From Penicillus capitatus (taxonomy: Eukaryota > Plantae > Chlorophyta), in the NCBI GenBank assembly GCA_965649825.1, contig OZ287699.1, forward strand, positions 1,535,287-1,599,286: DNA of 64,000 nucleotides. The letters run 5' to 3'. The notes under the pieces were generated by a model that saw only the letters and a list, made by a program, of their open reading frames with translations, ran no database searches and was not told where the DNA came from. Position 1 is the stretch's first letter. Each line of letters starts with the position of its first letter. Shown piece after piece: positions 48,783-61,560 of the stretch. Both the position numbers and the translations under genes were made by a program.

Positions 48783-50741
48783 ATTCCCCTTTCTCTGTAG
48801 TCAGTAAGAACCATGGGATATACCTCAGTGTGAACCCCATGTAAAAATCACAATTAGAGAGAGACAGATGGCTTGGCAGATCGGAGCGGCAGAGACATGG
48901 CGTCGTCATGCGAATGATTGTCCCATTAAATCTGACTCTTCGATCTGTCGCAGACGATGGACTGGTCCTTGAGAGAATGACGGAGACACCGTGAAAGAGC
49001 GACGTCGTTCCGCTTTCCACTCTTTGCTAAAGAAGTCCGTTAACTCGTTCCGTCGCTTGCGTCTGACAGAGACGGCGCAGCACGTCGAGAGATCTGTTCT
49101 TAGAGAGATCGGTATCTTCGGCTGGCAGAGGAGCGAAAAGTCGAGACGTGTGTTTTGTTTCTTCTACCAAGGTTCTCTTTCTTGCAGTCCCGCAACATGG
49201 TAGTTAGGTGAGATGCGCAGAACTCGGATGGCAGTGCGAGTCACCGTTGACTAGATGCATGCTTCGCAGAAAACCTGATAAGCAAAGAACGCGACGTCGA
49301 GGACGACAACAGGAGATTTGAAAAACATATCTGCCGGCCGAGAAAGTGGCAAAACACAGAGAATGAAAATCCGTGGCCCTCGGGAAACGAATTCCTCTAT
49401 GCTGTACGTGTGGTTTGGACTTCAGATGGCCTATGTGACCTTTGACGGATGTCGTATCTTGTGTGGATTCTTCTGCACGAAACAGACTTGTCTACAGAAT
49501 GAGCGATCCTCTGCCGCGTACCGGCCAATTCCCTCAGACACAACACATAACCTTCGCATTCGTGAACGTTTTCCGACACTTACTGTTATTTACCTCTTTT
49601 CGCTGCCGCCTCATTCGCTTGCACCACCGAAGAGCATTCACGCATCAAGAAAATGTTCTCATTCGACGAGCAGTTCGTGTGAGCAGCAGGTTTGTTGGAT
49701 GATTATTGAAGTGATCATAGTTTCTGCGAAGAACAGTCGACAAAGGATCCCTTTCTACTTGAATTATGACGTCGAGACATGACGTCTGTCCAGCACCTCT
49801 ACACGTCATTCATTGGAACTGGTTGAAAAGTGGTCGTTCTACAGCCAGCAAACGGGAACAATAATCGTTTTTCGGAAGCGCCTTTCTGAAGCATGAAAGC
49901 GATGGCAGATGGAAGACACCGAAATATCCTTCGCACGTTCATCAAGCGTGTGGCATTTTGCCGCAAAGGCAACAAACACTCTTGTTGTTGTTTAATGGCG
50001 ACTGTCGTAGTTGCCGTGAGGCGTCGTGCTTTCGTGGAAGACAGACACTGTAAGGTACCAGGTATCGATATGTGTCATACGTCACATCGACCACAAATAC
50101 ACATCCACGATCTCCAGCGATTCTATGTGAGCAACCTAATACGCGTCAGGATTTGTGCTTGCGACATTGTTCAATTGCTTCAGAGATGAAGCGTCTCAGG
50201 AAATCTCCATAGAGGAACTGGATGTCCGCACGCAGTGTATCACTCAGTTGGCCCGGCTTCTTGATTAGGACGTATGGACGACGGCCAAGGACAAAATCGA
50301 AGTCATGAATCTGGGCTTTCTAGGAGACAAGCTGCAGGCTGTCAAGGAGCTTGGCCTTCGCCGAGTGATATTCTCTGCCTCAGCTACTGCTCAATGCGTT
50401 TCCCGTCAGTTTATTTCAAAGTACCACCGTATACCCCATTCATTGATTTCTCAACCCGGTGAAAACTAATGGATCGTGTCAGAGATGATAAAAAAGACAA
50501 GTGAGGCTGTCGCCAAGATATTCTCACACTCGGTCCCCTACACGTCACATGTGACCTCCATCACAACATCTGGTCATTCGTCTCCACTCCCTGCCGACGA
50601 TGACATCCTCGCCTTCCTGGACGCCACACTTTCGCAATGCATCGCTAATCCCCGAACGATCCAAAACCCGTTGAAAACTGCAACACTAAACTCAGATCCA
50701 TCATCATCACCGAGAGACACAACGCACCATCGATAGGCTTC

Positions 50742-51900
50742 TTAGTACGTCCAGTTGGTCATGAAGGTGGAGAGCTCGATCACCTCGCCGGCAACCGCGT
50801 GCTGACGACGGATGACATCTTTCTGAACGCGGACCACGAAGTCTTCAATCTGCGGTTTTCTGCCGGATCGAATGGGTCTCTGCAGATTTCTGGCATTCGT
50901 TTCTGTCGCTGTATTCTCCGGAAGATCCTTCAGCACCTGCCTTACGGAATGGACAACGGACTCGGTATTCGCCGCAGAAGTGGCGCTGATTGCAAAGATC
51001 CGATCCTCCGCAACGCCCTGCGCACGACAAAGACCACGACTCGTCGCATCACCAAAGAGCGAGTGACCTTGTCCAACAGAAGCGACTTCTTGGGATCCCA
51101 CGCATCCCAGACTTCGGGGATGTCTTTCTTGTTGTATGTAGCGGACGACCTGTGGCTTAGACGCGACGTCTGGACTGAGAAAACGCGACTCTAACTGCAT
51201 TGCCTAGAATCGTCAGTCGCTTGCTGCTTTGAGTACGATACGAGGTTCTGTTCGACCTCGTAGTCTACGACAGGATGTGGGCTGGACCCTTCAACGATAC
51301 GAACCAAGACGCGACATCGCATGTCGTGTCTCAGATGCTCATGACACAATCCAATCCATGTTGCACCAAAATCACACTTAAGTACTAGAACTAGCCGCCC
51401 CTGACAGCATAACTTTGGAAGCGCCCTCCAAGAGACCGGGAACATCTGCGAAGACTGTCATGCGGTAGTTCAACTCGCAGACATCGAGATTAGGCTTCAA
51501 CGTTGTGAACGGATAGTTCGCAATCTGCACCAGATATCTCATTGGAAAAGAGTGAGATACATAGGCGACGTCCCGCTTTGGGTTTGGCAGCGCTGATGGA
51601 AGCCAAGAACGTACTCTTTCCTGCATTGGGTACGCCAATGATGCCGACATCGGCAACCAGTTTCAACTCCAATTCCGGCCACTTTTCCTCTTCCCGGGCG
51701 CCGTTCTCCGCTATTGTCGGGGCATTATTGCGCGCCGTCTTAAAGGCAAGATTCCCACGACCACCCTTGCCGCCCAATACTGGCAGTGCCTTGTCACCTG
51801 ATAAAACCCAATCCAAGACTCTCACCTTATTCTCGCCAAAAGTGTGATCGGCCTTGTTGGAAGAGTTCTGCCAGAGGAGGCGTCTCCACTTCGGTGTCAT
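50742..51900 (-). pseudogene. Obg/CgtA GTPase (organellar type), 5'-truncated, partly degenerate
   Basis: [45 protein letters not shown]|[31 protein letters not shown]. Confidence 0.85.
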
Positions 51901-52076
51901 ACAGAGCTGGCGACTACACGAGGGCAGTGTTTTTATGACAAGTCGTTTGTTTCCGTCACGATGTTGCGATTTCTATTTTGTCTTCTCGTGTCTTTCTGCT
52001 GGATACGCTGCTTGGCGACACCCCATCGGTTTTGTGGCATTACACTGAGTCGTGGAAAGCGAGATCAGCTACCGCC

Positions 52077-52700
52077 TTAAGCGAACACGGCTAAAGCTAA
52101 CGGTTTCACATGCAGGACCGAACCCTCAGCATATGTCATGTTTTGAATGACGACGCCTACCCTTTGATATGATAGAAAGCGGTCGAGGCCCGATTCTTCG
52201 AAGCCAGACGAGTGGCTTGCAGTTTTCTGGCGGTTTATGACGAACACGAAGGCAGTGATGTGAGTCAGTACTTGGCTAATCATCCGCACCCACATATTCA
52301 ACGGAACATCTCTTCTCCGATACAAGCAACGGACGGCTTCCGTCTACTGCGACTGTGTTTTCTCTCAAGCCAAGTGATGTTTCCCCTCGCTCTGTTGAAT
52401 CTGTCGTGCTACAAGATTGTTCGAAAAAGGAATGAAGTTAAGAAGAAGCCCAAAGTGCAGTCGAGTACATCGAGGAATATGTATCGGTCGATGAACAGAC
52501 TGATACCCATTTCAAGAAAGAGGCATCGCATTGCACACAGCACCTTATTAAGTGGACAATTGAAACCCTTGTACAGTTCTCGCGTTCTCAGATAGTCCAA
52601 GAGTATTCTGATTGTAGATACAGCAAAGACGATGTACAAGGACAGTGCGGGCTCAAGGATAAAGTGAATGCCACAGAGCATTCTCTCATACTCCCTGACT
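52077..52700 (-). pseudogene. Possible OSCA/CSC1 (DUF221) N-terminal remnant
   Basis: LSLYIVFAVSTIRILLDYLRTRELY..; ESGLDRFLSYQRVGVVI is a weak by-eye match. Confidence 0.25.
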
Positions 52701-53370
52701 TTTTGCCTTGCAGATCTAATCCCCACATGCAGCCTCCATAGAGAGAAGAGAAGGTCACTCTCATCCACAATCTTGATTTCCCTCGTATTACGTGGAAACC
52801 GTTGATTGCATATCCTCCGAGCTATTGGATCTCTGCTTCGGTCAGATGCACTTTCTCCGCCTAATCCACAGGACCATTCATCGACCAAGATTCGGCAGCT
52901 TTTCTGGAGCGTCAGTCGCGTTATAAGTCCGGCAAGAAATTCACTAGAGGCGGATTTCGGTGAAATTTGGAGAGCGGTTCTTTACCCCACAGGTTTCAAA
53001 TAACATCTGACTGACCTTGTTGAAAATGAGCATGGTTGTCTGGAGCAGAATCACAAGACGAGGCCGAGAAATGTGTGCTCGAGCATATTCGAATCAAAGA
53101 CAGAAATGAGACACCGCTTTTGAGCATGCACAGAGCGTCGGTCAGATCCATTGTTTAAAACAAGCTCTTTAAAGGGAATCATTAGGGGTTTTAGGAAGCG
53201 CAAAGAATCAGCCAGCTCCACAGTTAAGGCAAACTTCTGTAAAGGGGTTTGATAGAGGATTCGAGAAGGCCCAGAGTCTCACTTAGCTCCCTTGTTTGCT
53301 GTTCTAAATCCTTTGGATCCTTTTTCATGTCTATCAATGTCGACCGCATGCCTTTAACCGCTTTCGACAA

Positions 53371-53576
53371 TGACGGGGATGCGACAGACTCTGGCGCGCC
53401 GCGAACGCGCCGACGCGTGTGCGAAGGCGGAGGAACACTGTCGAGTCGAAGCTAAGACTAATTACATGGCGCATCCCGTCGATTAAACACCCTCGGCGCC
53501 CGCGGACCGCTGTCATGTCAGGAAGCGGACAGCATGTCCGGTCCGCGGGGCCGCAACCGTTGTCCTCTACCCGTCA
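53371..53576 (+). mobile_element. ~200-bp TG...CA element (probable solo LTR), copy E, 206 bp
   Basis: TGACGGGG...TACCCGTCA, colinear with D and A. No TSD (GACAA vs GCTTT). Confidence 0.85.
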
Positions 53577-53589
53577 GCTTTTGTGCATT

Positions 53590-56170
53590 TAAGAACTGGA
53601 TGAGAAGAGCATTGACGAACATCCAGTATCTCATGGACGAGCATACGATCCTGGAAAAACTCTCCAAGATCTGCATGAAAGATACCAAAGAGATGCCGTG
53701 CGTCGATCCGAACACCGTCGACATCGACATCGTTCCACAGGTTGTGTGTGTTCCGAGAGCCGATCGGGTTCATTTTCACATCTGCAGATCTGCCACATCA
53801 CGAAAGTGCTGACGTAGCGAATAGAAGACTGTGACGATGTCAACCTTAAATAGGTGCACGAACAGGCACAGTTGAACATTTTGTCTCTACAGAAGTTATG
53901 TGCATGCAGGTTGTCCTGGACTTTACCGAATCTGTGTGCCGCATCGTGGTATCTTTGGCCCGAGCGGATTCCGATTTGAAGCGCATTCTACCTATTCTGG
54001 ATTGTACATTTGAAGCGGCAGAATCGTTGCTGCTTTCTCGAAAGTAAAGATTTGCGCGTTCTTTCAATGTCTCACATATTCATGTGTCCTTAGTTGGCTG
54101 AATTCTGTGTCACTGAACGAGCATGAAGACCTGTTCAAACATTTCGCGACAGTGGTCGTCAAACTGTCTGAAATTATTCTTCAAGGACGCGCGACAGAGA
54201 AAACTGCAAGCACCGTCTGCCATCATCTGACTGGACTCGGTCTTGATGATTTTCATCCACGGCTGAAAATCATTATGGTTTGTGTTCAGGAAAGAAGTGT
54301 TTCTCAGAAGCCATGCACCAAGCCGACGACGGACGTGTGTTTCGTGGCTACTCTTTGATAAGCTCCTGTTTTCTGAATTGCATGAAGATCGCATCAGCGA
54401 AAGAATTCAGATTCCAAGGTACACCAACCGAACCACTCTGCTGCGTTAACCTTCCATTCTCTGTAGAGTTTCATGTTATCGACCATATCTTTGATGTGAT
54501 GACATGTGTTCTGAACGCCGTTGAACGCATACTCAAACGAAGAAAGAATGATAAGATCATTAAAGTGAGGCCGCCACAGATATCTCTTTCCCTGTAGTTA
54601 ATCTGTTCGCAGCTTGCAAAAATGTTGACGCAACAGTTGAAAAACACAGTGCAGCATCATTTGAAAGATTTGGCTGGAGTCTGTGAGGAATTCAGATACC
54701 GAGTGATAGAGATCTGCTGCTTTTGGGTTCCCGAACAGTGAGAGCGTCATTTAACGAACAGCTAGCTGATGATTATTGTTCTTGTGGAAAAGGGGAGACA
54801 GTTCGGAGACCAAGCAGTTGAAGAAGGAATGCAACAAGTCCATTCTAAAAGGCATGACGCTCTACCTAATACTTACCCACGACAGAATACCGGCCATGCA
54901 CAAAAAAGTACAGAGATGATGATGATGAAGTCCAATGAGCCCTCTCTGTTCTAGATGGTGTGGGAGAATATGATGGACGACGCCAAGACAGAAGCACAGA
55001 AGAAATCGTTGGTCGTGTTGCTTTCGTCCCTCATGAGCCACGTGGATCAGATGGATATCGACACGTCTACTGTGTTGAGTTCAACAATCCCGGCATGGAT
55101 GACGACCACCTTGGCAAAAATTAAATGTTCAACAGAGGTAGTCAAGTCCTTAATACTCATGTACGACGTTTTCTTTCCCTCATAGGTATCTGTGTTCGAA
55201 GAACTGGAAAGGTGCGTCTTCGATGCCATCGGCGGGACCCTTTCCCGAGTGATCGCCAGAGATCATTTTTCGTGCCTATGCGAACACTGGACGAATCCTC
55301 TTCGCAGATTGGGTGAGAAATGCCTTACCTTAGTTTGACTGATCCTTTTTTCTCTAGTCCTTGATGCCGATCGTTTCGTCAGCGGATTGGCCGAAGACCA
55401 CTGGCGTCAAATCCTAATAAACGCGTCTTCTTCCTTCGTTCTGCATTACGTGTCTCTGTTCTTCGAGGAGATAGTAGATACTACCCGACAGTTGAACTCG
55501 ATGCTTTTGGTGAAGAGAATGGATACACAGTCATGGAGAATAATGATTTCTCTGCAGAATCTTTGCGTTGTCATCAAAACGCAACTGGAGGTCAGTATTA
55601 GTCACATTCGTGAAAATGATTCACTTTTTGCCCGTAGGACACGCTGATTCCCATGAGAAAGCAGATGCTGTTGAAGTCATTCATATCCGAGCATGCGTTG
55701 GACAATCTATCGATTCTAGCTGGATTGGCGTTTGTATTCGAATCGTCCAAGAGTCATATCGATGTACTGACGCTATCATTTCTGACAAAACAGACAAAAA
55801 AATGTGTGAGGTAATATACATCATCATCAGTTTCTTGACTGGACAGGTGGGAACGAAATTGCTGAATTCAAATGAAGAAGAAGATCAGATGACTCTGTGC
55901 ATTCTACGCGTCTACTGGCATCTGAGGATTTTCTCTGCCCTGAGCGAACAACTGAAAAGCACAGCAACAGGTACAACAGGAGCATCTGCAGATCATCACA
56001 TTGAACTTACTCTAGGAACCGAGGAAGTAAAGGATGTTCTGGAGACGTGCGATAAACTCGTGAAAGCTGGCAGTCGATGGAGTCTCGGAACACGATGTTG
56101 ATCTGCGACGTGTCGAAGTAGTCTTCCGAGGTTGTGAGGTAATCGTAAGAGTAACTCTTCGGGGACACAG
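53590..56170 (+). CDS. Helical-rod multi-exon gene, possibly exocyst Sec6-like; integrity unresolved
   Basis: Exon-like blocks with GT-AG introns. EDHWRQILINASSSFVLHYVSLFF and EEVKDVLETC resemble Sec6 C-terminal helices. Confidence 0.35.
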
Positions 56171-57599
56171 ACTCACTCAAATCGAGCCCCTGTTCGAATG
56201 AAATCGCGTAGTAGATGCCAAACGAAGTCTACTAGTGTAGCGAACACGTTCTCTAAAATTCAGATTATAAGACGACAACGTCGAGAATGTTTGACAACTC
56301 ATCAGAACAATCCAGCGGCCGAACAGCAAAAATGCGCACCTTGGACAACAACCGCTAGACGGATGCTCAATGCAGCGAGAGGTAAATTTGTTATCTATCT
56401 GGGAATCCTTGGGAATAGTCAGACAAAACGCAACAATCGACCATTGTACTTGTTACACCGCATGCATCCTGAAAGTTGCGGGTTCGCTCAGAAAAAGGAG
56501 AGAAATGACTCACCGTATCCTTCGCGGCAGAGCTTCATGCAATGCGCTGCAGACGGATGACTGGCATGCTCCAAAGGAATCTCTCCGATCCACTGCCCGA
56601 TATCATGCCCTTGATCTGCAACGCAGAACGGCATTAAGGGATTGGCCATTTCCTGCTGTGTTTGGCAATACGGAGATTGGTCGGCGGTGCATCTGCCACG
56701 AAACGGCTCTCAGTGACACGTATCGGCAAGAAGAAGCATCTTACGAGGATAGCGGCGAAACCTGCTGCCAGTCTTGTCTGTCGTCGGTTCTACGTCCCCA
56801 ACAGACAATGGAGTCTCGATAAGAGATGGAACATATCGCTTACTTTCATCGATCTCATAGGCGCTTGCCTGTTCCGAACATCAAGGAATGCGTCGTGTCA
56901 TAAGGGTAAGCGAATGTCAGAAGACAGCGACTGCGTTTGTTGTTGTTCGCTCAGGTAACGAAAACCGCTCGCCATCTACCCGCCTATTATTGTCGCTGTC
57001 ACTGGAACGGGCGACAACTGTCGGGATTCGCCTCAGCAGACGCGTTACGACTGCCATGATGTCTCTTTCGAGCACATTCCGCACCGAAACACTACAACGG
57101 AAAAGTCGAAGATTATTGCGCCTCGAATTGCTTTACGTGGACAACCTCTTACCGTGCGTCATTTGGCCGTTAGTCACATCACCAGTCAGCGTTCGTCTGC
57201 CATACTCAATTCAGCTTTTTTAGTGAACGCGGGACATTTTTTAGCGAGACACGCGCTCCCAAGATGAAAGAGCACAAAGATAATGCTTCTCAGTGTCCAC
57301 CGTCTTCTGCAATGTCACATCCGTCCCGTCCAGAGTCTAGGATTCTTCAGCGTCGTCGTTTTCCCGTCATTACAAATACATGCCATAATTGCAACCAGCG
57401 TCTCGTCAATTTCGCCTTCAGGTTTGCAGTCGACGACCGTTTCCCACACCCCAGCAGACACTTCTTTCTGTAGGCCGCGCTCGGAATCTCTCTCAGCGCG
57501 ACCGGTCTCGCCGTCAACACCTTCGAGAGCACAGCTCGACGCTGCGGCACGCGAGACCACAGGTGTCGCAGCGTCGAGTCGAAGACGCAAGGAAGCGCC

Positions 57600-59230
57600 A
57601 TGACTGAGACCGCAATAACGATCCCCTTTGTTGGCGTCGCCCTCAGGAGAACAGGCGACGTCGTCGTCCTTCAGCCTTTCCATTCGACAGGGGAATGTGT
57701 CGAGACGCTGGAGATCGACCTCCGAACCGGCACAGCCGAGGCGTCGACGCAGCCGCGTTTCCTTCGTAACTGCATCGTGTTCCCTAGACTTCTGGGAATG
57801 CTGTGCCTTGCCAAAGCAATGGTCCTCGTTACTATCAAAGAAGCAAAACAAGTGCACTCGCCTACTCATGCAGAGCGGACAGCGACAGCCTTTGTCCTGC
57901 AGGTCGCAACGGTGCTTGGCTCTCCAGTTTACCTAGTGGTTCAGACAGAACTGCATCTTCCCAGGGGACGTTTATCATCAGAAGATGCCAAGTGCGTGCA
58001 TAGATGTATGGACGCGTGATTTGTGCGAGCCCGTGTGTAGCTACATCGAATTGGTGAAATCGGCAGTGGATCCCAAACAAGCCGGAAGAGGACTGTGCTT
58101 CAGCAGCGGAATCCGACTGACACTGACCACTGAGCGACAGGCGGCCGTCAGCAATGAAAGAGGAGAAGGGTCGCGGGAACTGGAAGACACCCGTTTCTTC
58201 TGGAATCGCCATCTGATGGAACCCATCACACGTAATGCACATCCTTTTCCGCGAGAATGTCCAGATGTCGGCGGTGTAGAGCTGAAAGCACATGGATTTG
58301 TGTTACCTGTCATTCAAGGCTTCGTACAGGAGCTGACAGATTTGGAATTTTCGCACCGAGTAACCGGGAAGTTGACCATTGTGGCACGTCGTTCAGTGAA
58401 ACGCCTGGGCACACGCAGCTGGAGAAGGAACACCGATCTCCAAGTGATTCTTCGCGTCTACGCCTCACGAACCTGTATATGTTGATGTCAGGGATCTGTG
58501 GCAAATTTTGTCGAGACAGAACAGCTTATGTGTCTGTCGAATGGACATATGTGTTCGTTCGTTCAGCTACGAGGATCGATCCCCGTGTTGTGGACAAGCA
58601 TTCCGAATGTCAAGTACAAACCATCCACGCGTCTTGGGAGAGAGATTGACTACACACATGCCTTCGATGTTCACGTTAATGACCTTCTCCGTACGCACAG
58701 TGAGCAAGACCTATGTCGTGGGGGATGGGATACAGAGATGTTGTTGGATAGGAATGCGTTGCGGTGAATTTGGCACACGCCACCGGATCTGAGGGTTCCT
58801 TGACAAGTGCATCCGACAATGCCACTCGGCGTTTCGCAAGGACGAAAGACGGCTTCCGTCTCATCAATTTTGATTTCCATAAAGAATGTGGAACGACTCG
58901 ATATCATCGTCTCTCCATCCTCTTCGACAGAATCCGAGCAGATCTGGATCGCTTTGGCCAGTTCGTTATCGTATCTATATCATAGTCCGATTTCCTGTGC
59001 GAACACAAGTGCATGACAGGAGGGTCGAGCAACATGTGTTACATGTGTTCAAGACGGCTTCGTTCGCACCAATTGTGTCGATTGCCTTGATCGCACCAAC
59101 GTCGTGCAAACCGTGTTTGGCCGTTATGCTTTGGAGTCTTTTCTCAAGAAAGCGCATCTACTTGGGGTCCAAGCATCTCTGCCAGCATCTTTCCCTCATG
59201 TCAGATACAGCGCCATCTCCTGTCATCTCG
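57600..59230 (+). pseudogene. SAC1: SAC1-family phosphoinositide phosphatase, C-terminus missing
   Basis: RFFWNRHL; LPVIQGFV; ARRSVKRLGTRSWRR; VANFVETEQ; SFVQLRGSIPVLW; FDFHKEC; GFVRTNCVDCLDRTNVVQ (catalytic CX5RT). Confidence 0.88.
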
Positions 59231-59329
59231 TCCATAGCTCCGCAACAAACGACGCCCTAGGCGTGATTCCGCTCTGCCTGCTGCGGACCCTGACAGGTCG
59301 TTTTGCAACCTGTCTGAACAAAGGGGGGC

Positions 59330-60110
59330 TTCGACCGAAGACCTGGAGAAAGACGTCTTCAAGAAGCTAGAAGACAACAAGGAATCCGTTGCCATTCCCT
59401 TGGACAACGGAGGAGAGCCTCATCTGCCCATGGTAAACAAACAAAATAGTCAAACTTGGATCTCGAAAGAAGATTGTACCACGACAGGAAAGAGGAGGAC
59501 GAGGCAATATCATAGTGGATATGCGAAAAGTGCCAGCCTCACTTCTAGCGGCGATCGACAGGGCAGATTTTAAGACTGATCTTCACACCATCAAGGCAAG
59601 ACAATGACAACTAGTAACAAATCCGTACAAACTGATTGTGTGACAGGTAGGCGATTACATCCCGACCCCCGACATTGCCATCGAGCGGAAGACAGTGGCA
59701 GATTTTCACGCTTCCGACATCAAGAGGAGGGTCTTCTACCAAGCTGCAAAGATGATAAGACACTTTAAGGTGGCAATGCTGCTAATCGAGTCAGACGGGG
59801 GTCAGGCTCATTTGAGACATGATGAGAAGATCGCCCTGTCGATCGAATCTAAAGACATCATTTCTCGCCTCGTCCTCCTCATCCATCACTTTACAACACT
59901 CGGGTACTTAGTAATGCTTGTATGTTCTACAGACAGATGGTTTTTCTGTTCTACAGGGTGGTTTGGTCGTCATCTCCGGATGCGACCTGTCAACTCCTTG
60001 ACAAGCTTAAGCAGAATCGCCCAGATCCGGACATTAAAGAGATCGAGAGACGAACCGAAAGGGCGACAGATGACTTGACAGACTGGAAGACAGTTGACAT
60101 CTGCAGGTGT
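59330..60110 (+). pseudogene. XPF/RAD1 (ERCC4) nuclease C-terminal fragment, degenerate
   Basis: EKDVFKKLEDNKESVAIPLD; NIIVDMRK; VGDYIPTPDIAIERKTVADF..QAAKMIRHFKVAMLLIE; WSSSPDATCQLLDKLKQNRPDPD. Confidence 0.8.
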
Positions 60111-60340
60111 GCCATTCCTTTAGTCTATCTGGCATGTTTGATCATCGTCGTCCTTGACATGTGTTTAGAAATTTGCCCGGAAAAACAACAATCATTCGCC
60201 GGAAGCTGCCAGAAGCTTTAACAACATTCAATAATTCTTCTAAATAGTATTTTGTACTGTTTTTCAACTTGTAATAGAAGACACATAAAGTGTGACATCA
60301 TATTGTCTCCGGTTGTGACCACAGTTCTGCGACAGAAGCA

Positions 60341-60505
60341 TGGCTGGCTGTGAGTGTGAGTGTGAGTGAGAGTGGCTGGCTGGCTGTGAGTGAGAGTGAG
60401 AGTGGCTGGCTGGCTGTGAGTGTGAGTGAGAGTGAGCATGGCTGGCTGTGAGTGTGAGTGAGCATGGCTGGCTGTCAGTAAGAGTGAGCATGGCTGTGAG
60501 CACAG
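60341..60505. repeat. Compound (GTGA[GT])n/(GGCT)n low-complexity tandem repeat
   Basis: Repeated TGGCTGGCTGTGAGTGTGAGTGAGAG units of variable length. Confidence 0.9.
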
Positions 60506-60943
60506 CAGGTTCCGTCGGATATATTGAGCGCAACATCTATGTTCGATATTGCATATCGGCTGCATGTTGTGAATTCTCGATCGTCAGTACCTGTTCAATT
60601 TCTGCCGAGACGATGAGACATAATTGTTCGGTTAAGGGAGTATCAGAACACACAAAGTCATTACAATGGCAGAGTTCAGATATGACGGATTGAACGTTGA
60701 ATACGTAGGCGGCTTGTTCTTGGCACGACGATGCCAGTGTGTCGACGAACGTCGACGCATGGATCAACGAACAAAATCACCTCGGTCGTTATCGTTTATC
60801 ATTCATCATTGTTTATGTCTCCCATACCACATGCAATAAAAAACACTCATGGCAAAACACAACAGAGCGAACGCACTGACTCGCAAAAGGAACACAACAA
60901 CAAAGAATAACAAGATGCGCCCCCAATGATATCTGTACATTCA

Positions 60944-61480
60944 TCAGGGCTGTGCTGCTCCTTTCTGCAAATCCTTAGCATCTTTATTCGGTTCCTCGGG
61001 GGAGGACGGAGGTCCAATCAGGGACAGGATGGTCGGTAGGAGGAGCAGGCCCGTAAACATGCCGGCGATAGTGGAAATGGAATACTGAACGAACAAACGA
61101 TTGCTATTGACTGGATAATCTGAAAGAGCAGAGGCAGAATTCCGAGAAAAGTTGTCACGCCGCCATTGAATACTGCAATGCCCATAGTCTGAAGCGCGTG
61201 TATAGAACGTGTGAGACGATCCCCTTCGGCCAACATGAAATCTCGAGCAATGTGCGCACAGAACTCCACGAACAACCCAATCGTCACAATGAAAGCAACG
61301 TAGGCAGAGTAACCCATATCGATAACAGTCCAACTGCTCATTCCAACCGTCAGCAAAACAGAGAGCAGCACGCAGACAGACACGATGAGCGCGGCAAAGA
61401 TGTTGACGATGAGGGGCAGCATGACGACCGTCGCGACAGCCATGGAGATGCCTATCGCCTCTACCGTTGTTGGGCGATTA
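60944..61480 (-). pseudogene. Patched/NPC1-family C-terminal transmembrane fragment, frameshifted
   Basis: IVTIGLFVEFCAHIARDF..RSIHALQTMGIAVFNGGVTTFLGILPL..GMFTGLLLLPTILSLIGP. Confidence 0.85.
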
Positions 61481-61543
61481 ATGGACCGAATGATGCACGA
61501 TCCCTGTAATATTTTGTCTGGCCGTTCAGGACTCGTCACAAAT

Positions 61544-61555
61544 TGGTTTCGGAGC
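61544..61555 (+). promoter_or_regulatory. Putative primer-binding site (tRNA-iMet-like)
   Basis: TGGTTTCGGAGC matches the canonical TGGTATCAGAGC at 10/12. It lies 3 nt after ...TCACA and 5 nt before the gag ATG. Confidence 0.5.
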
Positions 61556-61560
61556 GATTC

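Larger units (their letters stand above)
43821..48861 (+). mobile_element. Full-length non-LTR retrotransposon (APE-RT LINE, I/R1/Tad1-like group), 5041 bp
   Basis: 14-bp TSD AGACAGATGGCTTG (43807-43820, 48862-48875), two uninterrupted ORFs, and a 3' UTR with TGTAA and a short (AG)n tail. Confidence 0.95.

Noticed and set aside
53181-53255. Interstitial telomere (TTAGGGGTTTTAGG)
   Set aside because: Only 1-2 degenerate units, expected by chance.
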